Assembly: GCA_043811535.1 (NCBI GenBank) | Contig: JBDRNC010000021.1 | Location: 64,001 to 128,000, forward strand | DNA length: 64,000 bases | Source: Elusimicrobiota bacterium | GTDB taxonomy: Bacteria > Elusimicrobiota > Endomicrobiia > Endomicrobiales > JBDRNC01 | Reading direction: 5' to 3' | Part shown: piece by piece, positions 31,929 to 40,680 of the stretch | How positions within the stretch are numbered: position 1 is the first letter of the stretch | Layout of the letters: each line of letters starts with the position of its first letter | The notes under the pieces: generated by a model | What the model was told of the DNA's origin: nothing | The model's input: only the letters and a program-made list of their open reading frames with translations | Database searches by the model: none | Translations under genes and position numbers: made by a program

Positions 31929-31957
31929 TTGAAAATCGTATTGAAAAGTATTATAAT
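31929..31957 (+). promoter_or_regulatory. sigma70-type promoter upstream of the fliF-fliG fusion/mot operon
   Basis: TTGAAA-N17-TATAAT in an AT-rich ~410 bp intergenic region. Confidence 0.6.
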
Positions 31958-32155
31958 TTTTATAGATCATTCTCAATGCAGTTCTTACCGCAGCGCTTGC
32001 AGAAGACAATCTGTACAAAATAACGCCTTTGGAGTGAAAAATGAATCCTGTTAGACCAATAATTATATTGATAAACAATACATTTTTGGTTAATAGGATT
32101 ATTAATAAGTCTTGAAGACCAGTATTTTCTAGAAAATATCGGAGGTCTAAACAGG

Positions 32156-33598
32156 ATGAACTCATTTTCAATGCGTTTCAGTATGGTTGCTGCACTCGCA
32201 GTCCTCTCGTTGATGCTGGCAGTCCCGCTCAATGCTGCAGAAAAAATGAAGGGCGGTATCGAAGCAAAAATCGCCCTCGAAACAAACCTTGAAAACCGCG
32301 TAAAGAAAGTCCTCACAGAGATCACAGGTACCGACCAGCTTATCGTAATCGTAAATGTCCAGCTTGTCTCCGAGCAAATCGAAGAAAAGAAAACAAAACA
32401 AGCGGAGGATAATTTTATCCTTCCGGGCGTCCCCATCAAAGAAGCGATTTCAGAAAAGCAAGTAGCCGATTCGATCAGCGCCGCTCTCGGCGACGACACG
32501 CGCACGCTTGTAAAGAAAATGGTCGCGACGATCATCATTGACAAGGGAGTGTCTTCGTCGGTGGAAAAGGTCGTTAGGGATGTCGCGGGCGGCATACTGG
32601 CGATAGACCCGCAGCGCGGCGACCAGCTGATAATACAGAAAATGTCTTTTCAGAGGAATCCTTTTTATTGGGGAATGCTGTTTTATCCTCCAAACATATA
32701 CTGGGTCTTTTTTGTCATAACTGCCGTAATATTAAGTTTGGGGCTTATGCTGTTCATGTTCGGGCCTTTAAAGATATTCGCGAAAGATTTTGTGTCCGGC
32801 GTGATGGCGACGGCGGCGGCCCTGAAAGAGAGCGGGAAAGGCGAGGGCGAAGAATCCTTTTTCAAGGGCGGAGCGGGTCCGGAGATGCCCATAATGACCG
32901 GCTCCGAGACAAGGGAGTCCCAGAAGAGCTCATTCGTAGGGCGGGAAGCGCCGTTTTCATTCATAAGCGAAGGGAATCTTAAGGCCCTGATATTTCTCAT
33001 CAAGGGCGAGACGGCAGACACGATAGCGTCAGTTGTAAATTACCTGCCGCCGGACATGGCGGTGCAGGTGTTAAGGGAACTGCCAGCGGAAAAACAGAAC
33101 CAGATAGGCCTGTTTCTTTCAAAAGTGAAGGAACTTGAACCTTCAGAGATTGACAGGCTGGAAGCGAAGATAAAGAGCCGCATAGGTTTCCTTTCTGGCG
33201 GTCAGGAAAAGATCACCCAGCTCCTGGATTATACCGATGAAAGTTTCAAGGAAAGATTCATCGCGTCACTCAAGACTTCGGACGCGCAGCTGGCAGCCCA
33301 AATACAGAAGTCCATGATAAACCTGGACACTATAGCGGACCTTGACGTGTCAGTCCTGCAGACAATTATCAAGACTTTGACGCCTACCGTTTTCGCGCAG
33401 ATATTAAGGTCATTCCAGGCGCCCGCGCAGGAAAAACTGCTTGCCGCGCTGCCTTCCGGAGCCGCGGCGAGATTGAAGCAGGAAATAGACATGGCAAAGC
33501 CTTTTACGGAACAGCGTCTTGCCACGGAAAAACGGCGCCTTGTCAATTTAATCCGCAGGATGGAAGAAAGAGGATTGCTTACAAAGGCAAATGGCTAA
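32156..33598 (+). CDS. FliF(RBM3)-like ring domain + TM + FliG middle/C-terminal domain fusion
   Basis: Signal peptide (VPLNA/A). FliF-C-like LENRVKKVLTEITGTDQLIVIVNVQL..VKKMVATIIID..IDPQRGDQLIIQKMSF. One TM. FliG-like PFSFI..IASVVNYLPPDMAVQVLRELP..GG..QIQKSMINLDTI..IRRMEERG. Confidence 0.8.
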   Translation: MNSFSMRFSMVAALAVLSLMLAVPLNAAEKMKGGIEAKIALETNLENRVKKVLTEITGTDQLIVIVNVQLVSEQIEEKKTKQAEDNFILPGVPIKEAISEKQVADSISAALGDDTRTLVKKMVATIIIDKGVSSSVEKVVRDVAGGILAIDPQRGDQLIIQKMSFQRNPFYWGMLFYPPNIYWVFFVITAVILSLGLMLFMFGPLKIFAKDFVSGVMATAAALKESGKGEGEESFFKGGAGPEMPIMTGSETRESQKSSFVGREAPFSFISEGNLKALIFLIKGETADTIASVVNYLPPDMAVQVLRELPAEKQNQIGLFLSKVKELEPSEIDRLEAKIKSRIGFLSGGQEKITQLLDYTDESFKERFIASLKTSDAQLAAQIQKSMINLDTIADLDVSVLQTIIKTLTPTVFAQILRSFQAPAQEKLLAALPSGAAARLKQEIDMAKPFTEQRLATEKRRLVNLIRRMEERGLLTKANG

Positions 33599-33678
33599 AT
33601 TGCTAAATTGCCAAATGGCTAACGTCTTTAACCGTTTAGCCATCCAACCATATAACCATTTAATTTAAGGAGTTATTC

Positions 33679-34470
33679 ATGGATCTAATGACTATTTTCG
33701 GGTACTTGATCGGCGGAGGCGCCATCTTTTTTGTGCTCTGGTACGGCAACGCGCTTAATATGATATTCAATCCGGAAGCGCTTATTCTTGTTTTCGGCGG
33801 CACTATCGGCTGCGCGATGATCACGTATCCGTGGAAAATAATAAAGGTTGTTCCGAGGGCGGTGTCGATGATGTTTTTCCCGCCTAAAAGGGAAACGCCC
33901 GACAAGGCGATAAGGATCATGGTGGAGTTGGCGGAAAAAGCGAAGCGCGAGGGGATAGAAAAACTGCAGGGCGACCTCGAGAATTCTCCGATACCTTTCC
34001 TGCGGGACGCGATGCAGATGGTCATCGACGGGCTTGAACCCGAGACTATCCATGAAAAACTTGAGAAAGAGCTTGCGATAGTACGCCGCAGGCATTACCA
34101 GGTAGCAAGCCTTTTCCGTTCAATGGGCGGTTACGCCCCGATATTCGGCCTGCTCGGAACACTGCTTGGAGTCGTCCAGGTCCTGAGGAATCTGACCGAC
34201 GCGCAGAGCATGGGCGCGTCCATGAGTATCGCCGTCACGGCGACATTTTACGGGATATTCGGCGCGAATTTCATGTTCATGCCGATAGCCGGTAAACTTA
34301 CCATTTACAGCGAAGACGAACTCATCCTGAAGGAGCTTCTTGCCCGCGGGGTGCTGTCCATACAAAAAGGCGAAGTGCCTCTTATCGTAGAAAGAAAGCT
34401 TGAGGCCTTCCTTGCCTATAAGCTCAGAACGACTGTGAAACCCGGAGTAGCCAAATCTAAAAAAAGTTGA
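33679..34470 (+). CDS. motA: MotA/PomA-type stator A subunit
   Basis: MDLMTIFG, ALILVFGGTIG, AEKAKREG, PFLRDAMQMVIDG, GGYAPIFGLLGTLLG, ATFYGIFGANFMFMPIAGKL. Confidence 0.93.
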   Translation: MDLMTIFGYLIGGGAIFFVLWYGNALNMIFNPEALILVFGGTIGCAMITYPWKIIKVVPRAVSMMFFPPKRETPDKAIRIMVELAEKAKREGIEKLQGDLENSPIPFLRDAMQMVIDGLEPETIHEKLEKELAIVRRRHYQVASLFRSMGGYAPIFGLLGTLLGVVQVLRNLTDAQSMGASMSIAVTATFYGIFGANFMFMPIAGKLTIYSEDELILKELLARGVLSIQKGEVPLIVERKLEAFLAYKLRTTVKPGVAKSKKS

Positions 34471-34557
34471 CAGATGACAGATGACGGTTGACGGAAAGAT
34501 AAAGAATCTTCAGACCGTCAACTGTCAACTGTGGGCCGTCAACGGAGTTAAAATCCT

Positions 34558-35235
34558 ATGTCATCCGAAGACTTTCAGCAGCGCGAACAAGAAAACGCAA
34601 TAGAACGCATCTGGACGATCATATATTCCGATATGATCACCAATCTGATGATTTTTTTCCTTATGCTTTACGGGTTAAGCCGGCTGAGCGGCGACGCGCG
34701 CAGCGAGATCATGAAAAACATGCAAGAAAAATTCCGCGGCAGGGCCGATGTGGAGGCGCGCGCCCAGAAAGTCCTTAAGGATATGAAAGAAGAAGACGCC
34801 GCTGCCAAGGTCACGTCAATGATGGAGAAACAGGGCGTTGACCAGTACACCTCCGTCGAGATAAGCGAAAAACAAATAAAGATAACCCTTACGATACCTG
34901 TCCTTTTCGCCTCGGGCGAATCATATCTTACGAATGAAGCTAGAAAAGTTTTGTACGGCGTGTCAAGGATACTTGCTTCTGTGCCGAATGAGGTAATCAT
35001 AGAAGGGCACACGGATAACATATCGGTTAAAAGCGCCAAATATCAGTCAAACTGGGAACTCTCCGTCGCGAGGGCATACAGCGTCGTGGAATATTTCACA
35101 AGCGTCAGCAGGCTTGATCCCGGCAGGTTCGTTGTTGCAGGCTACGGGGAATACAGGCCGGTCGCCGACAACAGCACTCCTGAGGGCAGGTCTACCAACA
35201 GGCGTATAGAAATTCTGATGATAAGGAAAAGCTGA
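34558..35235 (+). CDS. motB: MotB-type stator B subunit with the conserved Asp
   Basis: TM WTIIYSDMITNLMIFFLMLY (D25); OmpA-like PG-binding domain IEGHTDN, NWELSVARA, NRRIEI. Confidence 0.92.
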   Translation: MSSEDFQQREQENAIERIWTIIYSDMITNLMIFFLMLYGLSRLSGDARSEIMKNMQEKFRGRADVEARAQKVLKDMKEEDAAAKVTSMMEKQGVDQYTSVEISEKQIKITLTIPVLFASGESYLTNEARKVLYGVSRILASVPNEVIIEGHTDNISVKSAKYQSNWELSVARAYSVVEYFTSVSRLDPGRFVVAGYGEYRPVADNSTPEGRSTNRRIEILMIRKS

Positions 35236-35343
35236 ATACAGCAGCTGACAGATGACAGTTGACTGTTGACAGGAAGACAAGCCAAAAAAGACTTTTGACC
35301 ATCAACTGTCAACCGTGAACCGTCAGCGTTTTTGAGGAATACA

Positions 35344-36114
35344 ATGGCTGATGATTTGGATTTTAAAGGATTTGATGAGTCGTTCGATTCGGGGGAGGAC
35401 TTTACCGAACAGCTCGGGATAGGGACGGAAAAAGGAAAGAAGAAGGCCGCTTTTTCCGGCATTGACAGCGGAGCCATGCCTCCCGTAGAAGAAATGGACT
35501 GGATAGTCCACTTCGCGAACCTTATAACGATACTGATGTTCTTTTTCATGATGTTATACGGATTTTCAACGATAGCGAAGAATTCCTCGAGTTACGAAAA
35601 GGCGATGGCGAGCATTCAAAAAATGATGGGCGGCGACAAAGCGCAGCTTGAAAAGATCAACAAGAACGAGATGGAAACCGAAGTCGCGTCGAGAATGGAA
35701 GACTTCATCAAGGATAAGAACCTCGCGCAGTTCGCCAAGGTGGAAACGAACGCCCAGCGCGTAAAGATATCCCTTTCAAACCCTATCCTGTTTGATTCCG
35801 GTTCCGCAGTGCTCAAGATTGAGGCGGCGCCGGCGCTGAAAGAAATAGCGACGCTCTTAAAGACGCTTCCCAATTTAATTGTTGTTGAAGGACATACGGA
35901 CAACGTTCCTTTCGTCGGGAAAACCTACCGCTCAAATTTCGAGCTTTCGGCGGCAAGAGCGTTCAGCGTGATAAGGTATTTCATTGAAGGCGAAAAGATA
36001 GATCCTTCCAGATTTACGGCGTTTGGTTATGGAGAATTCACTCCGTTATTTCCGAATGATAACGACGAGCATAAAGCGATGAACAGAAGGATTGAGATAA
36101 ATATACAGAGATAA
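35344..36114 (+). CDS. motB: Second MotB paralogue (Asp->Asn in the TM; acidic N-terminal extension)
   Basis: TM WIVHFANLITILMFFFMMLY; VEGHTDN, NFELSAARA, NRRIEI; RBS GAGGA before ATG 35344. Confidence 0.88.
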   Translation: MADDLDFKGFDESFDSGEDFTEQLGIGTEKGKKKAAFSGIDSGAMPPVEEMDWIVHFANLITILMFFFMMLYGFSTIAKNSSSYEKAMASIQKMMGGDKAQLEKINKNEMETEVASRMEDFIKDKNLAQFAKVETNAQRVKISLSNPILFDSGSAVLKIEAAPALKEIATLLKTLPNLIVVEGHTDNVPFVGKTYRSNFELSAARAFSVIRYFIEGEKIDPSRFTAFGYGEFTPLFPNDNDEHKAMNRRIEINIQR

Positions 36115-36204
36115 CATGATTATCGATTACAAATTACAGATTACAGATTTGAGCTATTTTAGCAGTAAATTTGTAATTTGTAATGTGTAATTTGTAATTA
36201 CTTT

Positions 36205-37062
36205 ATGAAACGTATAGCACTGCTGCTTATCATCCTGCTGGTTCTTCCGTTCGCGGCGCAAGCCAAGACCGTTGAAGAATTACAACAGCAGAACCGCATG
36301 GTCGCGGAATACTACCGCATGGCGATGGATTCATTCTACAGGGGAGATTATACGGCGGCAATAAGACAGTGGGAAGAAATAATGAAAGTTGACCCGCAGC
36401 AGGCGCAGGCCCAGCAGTTGATAGAGTTTGCCCGCCAGAAAATGGTGGAAAAGATGAAACCACTTTCCGCGGAAGTTCAAAACCTGATAATTGAAGGAAA
36501 GTACGCGGAATCGTTTACGAAGAATCAGGAGCGGCTTGCGCTGGACAGCGCGAATCGCAAGTGGAAAACACTCGGCGGCAAACTTGAAAAAATAGTGAAA
36601 ATCTTCCCGAAATTGACAGAAAATGACAAGGCCTCGCTGATGGCGAAAAAGGGGATAAATGCGTATGTCGACGACAAGGAAGACCCGCGGCTGGCCTTAA
36701 ATGCTTGCCGCTATGCCTGGCAGCTGAAACCTGACAATTCGCGTTTCGATCAGTTGAAAGAATTGATGGAGGCGGAATATGCGCAGCTTGCCCAGTCCGA
36801 AAGGTTAATTTCCGGAACAAGCATCATAGAGCAGAAACTGCAGTCCGTGCTGAGTTTTATTTATGACGGGAAATACGACCGCGCGATACTCGAATGCAAC
36901 GACATACTCGAGCTTGAGCCGAACAACCTGATGGCCCTGAAACGCGCGGGCTCGGCCTATTACGCTTCGGGGAACAAGAAAGCGGCGAAAGAAATGTGGC
37001 AGCGCGCCGGGAAAGTCGCTCCTAAAGACCCGGAGATAAAGAAATTCCTGAAAATAAAGTAA
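36205..37062 (+). CDS. Periplasmic TPR protein
   Basis: Signal peptide (FAAQA); TPR-like units GDYTAAIRQWEEIMKVDP, GKYDRAILECNDILELEPNN, AKEMWQRAGKVAP. Confidence 0.85.
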   Translation: MKRIALLLIILLVLPFAAQAKTVEELQQQNRMVAEYYRMAMDSFYRGDYTAAIRQWEEIMKVDPQQAQAQQLIEFARQKMVEKMKPLSAEVQNLIIEGKYAESFTKNQERLALDSANRKWKTLGGKLEKIVKIFPKLTENDKASLMAKKGINAYVDDKEDPRLALNACRYAWQLKPDNSRFDQLKELMEAEYAQLAQSERLISGTSIIEQKLQSVLSFIYDGKYDRAILECNDILELEPNNLMALKRAGSAYYASGNKKAAKEMWQRAGKVAPKDPEIKKFLKIK

Positions 37063-37118
37063 ATAGACGGAAGAAGGAAGATGGAAGACGGAAGAAAATA
37101 GAAAAAAATGAGGAAAAG

Positions 37119-39059
37119 ATGAAAAAAATAAGTTTATTGTTCATTATGTTGTCGGCTTCCTTCTTCCTTCTTCAGTCTTCAGTCTCGCTTTATGCGGCTG
37201 ACACAGGCAAGATACAGCTTTCGGTTGCCGCGCCGGATCCGGTTGTTGCCGGCGAGGAAATCACGTTTCAGGTGATAATGGTCAATACGGGCGGCAACAA
37301 GTGGCCCGCGGAACAGTATTACGTCGAGTCGGAAATATACGACGCGGAGAAAAACTACATCGCAAAGACAAGGCAGATGAAAGGCTCTGTTACCGTAGAT
37401 CCGGGCATGGCGAATCTTGTTTACATGCCTTTCGTCATTCCCGGCAATTTTGTCGGAACATATTTCTACAGGATATTCGTAGTATACAAGGAGCAGAGAG
37501 TAATTGAAAGCGAATACTATTCATTTAACGTCGTGCCTCTTCCTGTAACACCGAAGAAACCTTCCAAGCTTCAGCTCGGAGGCAACGCGGTACTTTCGTA
37601 CAGGCAAACATCCAAGTATGAGTGGAAGGATTATACGGGAAACTTCAACCTGAATATTGTGGGGCAGGTCATGGAGCGCGCGATGCTGTTTAATTTGTAC
37701 ACATTCCATACCCCAAAATCCACGTCCACGCCGGAAGGCATAAACCACGAGATATATACTATCCTGTTCAACTATTACGGAGAAAACTGGAACATAGGGT
37801 TAGGGGACGTGCTCCCGGTGTTTTCTCCTCTCTCGCTCTACGGCTCAGGCATGCGGGGCGGCCAGTTTGAAGGAAGGATGGACGCCTTTTCCCCGGCTTT
37901 CGTAGCCGCCAGAACCGCGAAACCCATTGAAGGGACCTCCGCGGCCGACGGAACCTACGAAAGATGGCTGCTCGGCGGAAAGATTGGATTGGACGTCCTT
38001 GAGCCGCTAACGGTAGGCGGGGAGTATGTAACTAGCTTCGACAAGCAGGAATCGTTGATGGTTCCGGGCCCGTCGGTCACGCCGGCAAGCAACAATGTGG
38101 CGGGAGGTTTTGTGTTGTGGGATCCTTCCGAGATTTTCGGCTTTGAAGCTGAATACCAGAGCAGCCAGTATCTTAATGACCTCAGAATAAGCACTTCTGC
38201 AATTAACGACTACGCTTACCGCGTCATGTTCAAATTATCCCCGCGCAATCTAAACTCCAGGATAAGCTACCAGCTGACACGGCCGAATTTTTACGCGTTC
38301 GGTTCTCCGGGTTCCACGCGTGACCGGCAGACAATAGACTTCTTTGCCGGATATCTGATGTTCAACAGGCTTAATATGAATCTCGGCCTGAACAGGTTCA
38401 GGGATAACCTTGACGCCGATACCACTAAGGTGACGACGACGCAGAGCATTTACAGCGGCGGTTTGTCATACGCCAGCCCGAACCCGTGGCCCAGCCCGTC
38501 GGTTTCATATTCGCAGAACGAGGCAGTCGGCGACCCGATTACTTCGCAGAACAATTTCACAAAGACGATGGGCTTCAGCCTTACGGGCAAAGCGAGCATA
38601 GTGAGCATGGGTCTTTCGGTCCAGCAGTCGGACTTCCAGGATCTTACGAAAGTTTCCGACGACCTGACGACCAATACCATGGGAATAACGGCCAATTCAT
38701 CGTTCGGGTCGCGCGCGTCGGTGAACATAGGCACCACGCTAACAAACACGAAGAATATCGTTACAAATGTCATTAACCAGACGCCGGCTTTCAGCATGTC
38801 TTTCAATCTTCAGGTATTGCCGGACAAACTCAGCACGCAGATCTGGGGAACGATGATAAACAGGCAGAATGACGCCATAAACGACAGCGATAAGATAAAG
38901 AAAAAGGAAATGACAGGGAACGGCGAAATAACCTGGGTTGTTCGCCAGGACATGACATGGACAGTAGGCGGTTCGTATTCGCAGACTACCGACGAGATTG
39001 CGGAAGCGAATAACGTGATAGAGCAGGGAGTCAATACGAGAATCAGCTACTCCTTCTAG
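37119..39059 (+). CDS. Putative outer-membrane beta-barrel with an N-terminal Ig-like domain
   Basis: Signal peptide; Ig-like N-terminus (FQVIMVNTGGNKW); alternating amphipathic strands; terminal RISYSF (beta-signal Phe). Confidence 0.7.
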   Translation: MKKISLLFIMLSASFFLLQSSVSLYAADTGKIQLSVAAPDPVVAGEEITFQVIMVNTGGNKWPAEQYYVESEIYDAEKNYIAKTRQMKGSVTVDPGMANLVYMPFVIPGNFVGTYFYRIFVVYKEQRVIESEYYSFNVVPLPVTPKKPSKLQLGGNAVLSYRQTSKYEWKDYTGNFNLNIVGQVMERAMLFNLYTFHTPKSTSTPEGINHEIYTILFNYYGENWNIGLGDVLPVFSPLSLYGSGMRGGQFEGRMDAFSPAFVAARTAKPIEGTSAADGTYERWLLGGKIGLDVLEPLTVGGEYVTSFDKQESLMVPGPSVTPASNNVAGGFVLWDPSEIFGFEAEYQSSQYLNDLRISTSAINDYAYRVMFKLSPRNLNSRISYQLTRPNFYAFGSPGSTRDRQTIDFFAGYLMFNRLNMNLGLNRFRDNLDADTTKVTTTQSIYSGGLSYASPNPWPSPSVSYSQNEAVGDPITSQNNFTKTMGFSLTGKASIVSMGLSVQQSDFQDLTKVSDDLTTNTMGITANSSFGSRASVNIGTTLTNTKNIVTNVINQTPAFSMSFNLQVLPDKLSTQIWGTMINRQNDAINDSDKIKKKEMTGNGEITWVVRQDMTWTVGGSYSQTTDEIAEANNVIEQGVNTRISYSF

Positions 39060-39186
39060 TCCCGGCAATAAGCGTTGTTTTGAATCATACGGGATTTCTT
39101 TTTAGTCCCGACCGAAGTGTAATATGACCAAAATGGATTTTAGTCCCTTCGTTAAGATTAGCACAAGTTTGATAGAGAGGATAATA

Positions 39187-39906
39187 ATGTTTGGCAGGCT
39201 TTGTTTATCTTTGGCGGCGGTATTAATAATCGCGGCATCTCTTTTTGCCCAGACAGTTGTTTCAGAAAAGATCATTTCTCCCGAGTTGAAAAGACAGCTC
39301 GCGCTGCGGTACACGCAGCAGGAAGCCGAGTCGCTTGAAAAACTGGTGGCGAAAGCTTCCGCGAAAGGTTTCCCGCAGGATTATTTTCTTTCGCGTCTTT
39401 CGGAAGCTGTCGCTAAAAAAGCGAAATACCGGGACCTTGTTAACGTCCTTGAAAAAAAATATTCATATTTTGAACGCGCTCAAAATATTATCGGCGCGCA
39501 AAAACGCGCGGCGCAGGATCCCGGGGAAAATATTGTGCTCGGAGCCGAACTCCTGGAAAGGGGATTGCACGAGAAGGAAATTTCCTTTATTTCCGCAAAT
39601 ATACTGAAAGACGCTTCATTGGATGAATTGCTTGACCGGGCCAAGATGTTCGTGGCACTTAAGGAGGCGGGTTATCTGCGGGCTTCCGTTGAAAAAATCA
39701 TCATTTCATTAAGCGGAATAAGTTCGGAAGACGCGTCAAGGATAATAGAGCTCCTGGTGATGTATCCAAGCGCGAGCGCGGCGCAAATCGCGCGCGAGGG
39801 GCTTGGGGCCGGGCGCCGGATAGGCTGGTTCCGGGATAAACTGTCCGCCGAGAACAAAAAGGAAAAAGTAAAGGAAGTATTGGAAGATGAAAGGACGGAA
39901 AGATAA
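39187..39906 (+). CDS. Hypothetical exported, helix-rich protein
   Basis: RBS GAGG before ATG 39187, signal peptide (ASLFA/Q); no recognised domain. Confidence 0.65.
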   Translation: MFGRLCLSLAAVLIIAASLFAQTVVSEKIISPELKRQLALRYTQQEAESLEKLVAKASAKGFPQDYFLSRLSEAVAKKAKYRDLVNVLEKKYSYFERAQNIIGAQKRAAQDPGENIVLGAELLERGLHEKEISFISANILKDASLDELLDRAKMFVALKEAGYLRASVEKIIISLSGISSEDASRIIELLVMYPSASAAQIAREGLGAGRRIGWFRDKLSAENKKEKVKEVLEDERTER

Positions 39907-39908
39907 AG

Positions 39909-40012
39909 GCAGTTCAAATGTTTCAATGTTCCAGAGTTTCAGCGTTCAAAAACTCTTTGAAAACACTGAAACACTGAAACACTGAAACACTGGAACACTG
40001 GAACACTGGAAC
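39909..40012. repeat. Inverted array of octamer repeats, (CACTGAAA/CACTGGAA)n opposite TGTTTCAA-like units
   Basis: About six tandem octamers directly visible, with a complementary degenerate arm upstream. Representative of a window-wide family. Confidence 0.85.
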
Positions 40013-40019
40013 GTTTTAT

Positions 40020-40607
40020 ATGATGGACAGAACGGTCGACAACAATGAAGACATCGGCTTTATCAAAGATATCCTGCAGGGCGATACCGGGAGTTTCGCT
40101 TTGCTTGTGCGGAAATACAAGAATATGATATTTAACCTGGCTTACAGGATGACCGGGAACCTCGCGGAAGCCGAAGACATAATCCAGGAAAGTTTCGTGC
40201 GGGCATTCAAGGGTCTGAAGCAATTCAATCTTGTCCAGGGATTTCCAAACTGGCTTTACACTATAACGATAAATGTGTGCAGGACCCATAACCGCAGGAA
40301 CAAATTCAAATGGATCTCTCTCAGCGGGCCGGCGGTGAAAAAGGACGAGCATCAGGAATGGTTTCCCGAAATAGGCGACGAAAAGGACAACCCGGAGGAC
40401 GCATTGGACCGGGAAGAGAACGAAAAAAAGGTCCAGAAGATAATCAAAATGCTTCCTTTTAAGTACAGGGCCATATTCGTGCTGAGATACATAGAAAACA
40501 AGTCATATCAGGAAATAGCGTCCTGCGCGGAATTGCCTTTGGGAACTGTTAAAACGTATCTTTACCGTGGACAAAAGATACTTTATGAAAAGCTGAAGAA
40601 CGGATAG
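40020..40607 (+). CDS. ECF RNA polymerase sigma factor (SigW/RpoE-like)
   Basis: AEDIIQESFVRAF, FPNWLYTITINVC, SYQEIASCAELPLGTVKTYLYRG. Confidence 0.93.
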   Translation: MMDRTVDNNEDIGFIKDILQGDTGSFALLVRKYKNMIFNLAYRMTGNLAEAEDIIQESFVRAFKGLKQFNLVQGFPNWLYTITINVCRTHNRRNKFKWISLSGPAVKKDEHQEWFPEIGDEKDNPEDALDREENEKKVQKIIKMLPFKYRAIFVLRYIENKSYQEIASCAELPLGTVKTYLYRGQKILYEKLKNG

Positions 40608-40609
40608 TT

Positions 40610-40637
40610 TGAAACTTTTTTTCGCATAGATGTAGTA
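40610..40637 (+). promoter_or_regulatory. Possible ECF-type promoter immediately after the sigma gene
   Basis: TGAAAC-(T-tract)-TGTAGTA resembles the SigW-type TGAAAC-N16-CGTA; the spacing is imperfect. Confidence 0.3.
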
Positions 40638-40680
40638 TATTTAGCATGGCGCTGCAACAAAACCGGGAGGCGTAGAATAA

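Noticed and set aside
33679..36114. Zorya (ZorAB) anti-phage system, or TolQR/ExbBD
   Set aside because: MotA is 263 aa with no long ZorA tail, and there are no zorC/D/E genes. The B subunits have OmpA-like PG-binding domains, unlike ExbD/TolR, and a FliG-like partner is adjacent.
32156..36114. Ordinary flagellar operon
   Set aside because: No other flagellar or chemotaxis gene is in the window, and the fusion lacks RBM1/2, FliG-N and EHPQ. The rest of the genome cannot be seen, so this is not fully excluded.
39909..40012. CRISPR array
   Set aside because: Units are 8 bp with no spacers and no cas genes. The same holds for the other intergenic arrays.
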